A DNA stretch of 64,000 nucleotides from Enterococcus phage VRE9_2. Under the pieces are notes generated by a model. It saw nothing but the letters and a program-made list of their open reading frames with translations. It searched no databases and was not told where the DNA came from. Location of the stretch: the sequence record PP680568.1; one strand, 5' to 3'. A program made the position numbers and the translations under genes. Shown piece after piece: positions 62,766 to 64,000 of this stretch (position 1 is its first letter; each line of letters starts with the position of its first letter).

Positions 62766-64000
62766 AAGTTATAATTCACTTGTACTTTATTTTATAATAA
62801 ATAAAATATAAAATAAAGGAGTTTTTAAAAATGGAAGAAGATAAAAAATTTACTTATTGGTTTTACAAAATAGAAAATAAAATAAACTCTAAAAAATATA
62901 TTGGTCTAACTAGTAATATAGCTAGAAGACAGTTGAGGCATTTTACAGATTTACTGACACAAAGACATCATAATTCTTTTTTACAAAAAGAATATAATTT
63001 GTTTGGTAAAGAAGCTTTTTCTTTTGAAATTATAGAAGAAAAAAGTTTAAGTGTAAAAGAAGCTTCTCAAAGAGAGATTTTTTGGATTCAGAATTTTGAT
63101 TCATATAATAATGGATATAATCAAAATCCAGGAGGTCTTGGAGGACATACTGGAGCTACAAATGGAGGTTCTCATTTAATAGAATCAGATATATATGCAA
63201 TTAATTCTGCATTAGAATTTTCTTCGAGACCTGGTGCAGTTTTATCTGAAATTTTTAATGTAACAACAACAACAATAAGTAGAATTAAAAAAGGAAGTAG
63301 CCATTTCCAATACACACTAAAATATCAAAAGTTGGATTATGATAAAAGATTTGAAATTTTTAAATCTTTTTGTCAAAGCTCAGACTTTATTTCGAAAAAA
63401 CGAAATAGTACTATTATGCCAACCTCAAAAAGAAAACTGAATGAATTTCAAGTTCATTGTGTTTTACTGAATGAAGAACAAGGAAGAATAGTTCCTTTGA
63501 AGAGATTAGCAAGATATTTTAATGTTAGAGGAAATGTTTTAACTGAAATAATAAACGATAGGTCTTATAGAGATTATCGTGATACCTTCCTTAAAAAAAC
63601 AAGTGAAGAAAAACAAGAGATGGCGTCATTCTTGCGTGAGCAAGAAAAGCAAACTTCTCGAATTGCTGGGACCCCTTTGAGAGCAACAAACCACAATATT
63701 TCTGAAAAGAAAATATGAAGGTTAGAAAATTGTTGCTTATGAGGCAATCAGCAGCCAAGCCCCTAAGTCAAAATGATATGGGGAAGGTTCAACGACTAAG
63801 TATCCTAGTACACTAGGTAGCGGGAAGCTCTTCTTAATAAGAAGATGAAGATATAGTCTGGTCTATATAGAAATATATAGGAAATTGATTAATGGTCAAT
63901 TTCATAACATCACGCGGCAGGCTTTAAAGATCATTTTAGTTATCAAAAACAAATTCAGCTCTTAGTATGGCAATTAATTAAACCTGGTACTGCTATTATT
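62766..64000 (+). mobile_element. Group I intron (5-prime boundary approximate, 3-prime end beyond window) carrying GIY-YIG homing endonuclease; interrupts terL
   Basis: TerL frame terminates prematurely; intervening GIY-YIG ORF; P7-like GGTTCAACGACTA at 63786-63798, same 12-mer as in nrdD intron. Confidence 0.55.
62831..63718 (+). CDS. GIY-YIG homing endonuclease (intron-encoded)
   Basis: ..FTYWFYKIENKINSKKYIGLTSNIARRQLRHF..FSFEIIEE..EIFWIQNF..GYNQN. Confidence 0.75.
   Translation: MEEDKKFTYWFYKIENKINSKKYIGLTSNIARRQLRHFTDLLTQRHHNSFLQKEYNLFGKEAFSFEIIEEKSLSVKEASQREIFWIQNFDSYNNGYNQNPGGLGGHTGATNGGSHLIESDIYAINSALEFSSRPGAVLSEIFNVTTTTISRIKKGSSHFQYTLKYQKLDYDKRFEIFKSFCQSSDFISKKRNSTIMPTSKRKLNEFQVHCVLLNEEQGRIVPLKRLARYFNVRGNVLTEIINDRSYRDYRDTFLKKTSEEKQEMASFLREQEKQTSRIAGTPLRATNHNISEKKI

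Overview
This window is about 64 kb of AT-rich (roughly one-third GC) DNA from what appears to be a large virulent Firmicutes-type myophage; this is inferred from the gene content and the sigma-A-like promoters. The architecture resembles SPO1-like/T4-like phages. Layout from start to end: (1) 1-6570, a leftward cluster with three paralogous large unknown proteins, an M20/M28-like metallopeptidase, a collagen-like protein and Zn-ribbon proteins. (2) 7020-22600, a rightward early/middle nucleotide-metabolism block: anaerobic ribonucleotide reductase nrdD (split by a group I intron carrying a GIY-YIG homing endonuclease), nrdG, thioredoxin reductase, two metallophosphatases, RNase H, a Pol-beta-type nucleotidyltransferase, a ThyA-family enzyme, an amidase endolysin, DHFR, a Pth2-like peptidyl-tRNA hydrolase and FolD. 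(3) 23200-32600, a large tRNA cluster: about 18 canonical tRNAs plus several atypical tRNA-like elements, interspersed with small ORFs, an HNH endonuclease and a DUF2828/vWA-like protein. (4) 33000-43800, many small rightward ORFs of unknown function, many behind a conserved promoter-leader element. (5) 43800-47300 and 55000-56300, repeat-rich noncoding regions carrying GTTATTTT repeats and perfect palindromes. (6) 44380-54990, a leftward array of about 20 small genes including two DnaQ-like exonucleases and a HAD phosphatase, each with its own consensus promoter whose -35 box sits inside a hairpin; this resembles a host-takeover module. (7) 56300-64000, a tail fiber, a PhoH-like ATPase, and a terminase large subunit interrupted by a second intron carrying a GIY-YIG endonuclease that runs off the window. 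No CRISPR array, integrase or rRNA was seen.
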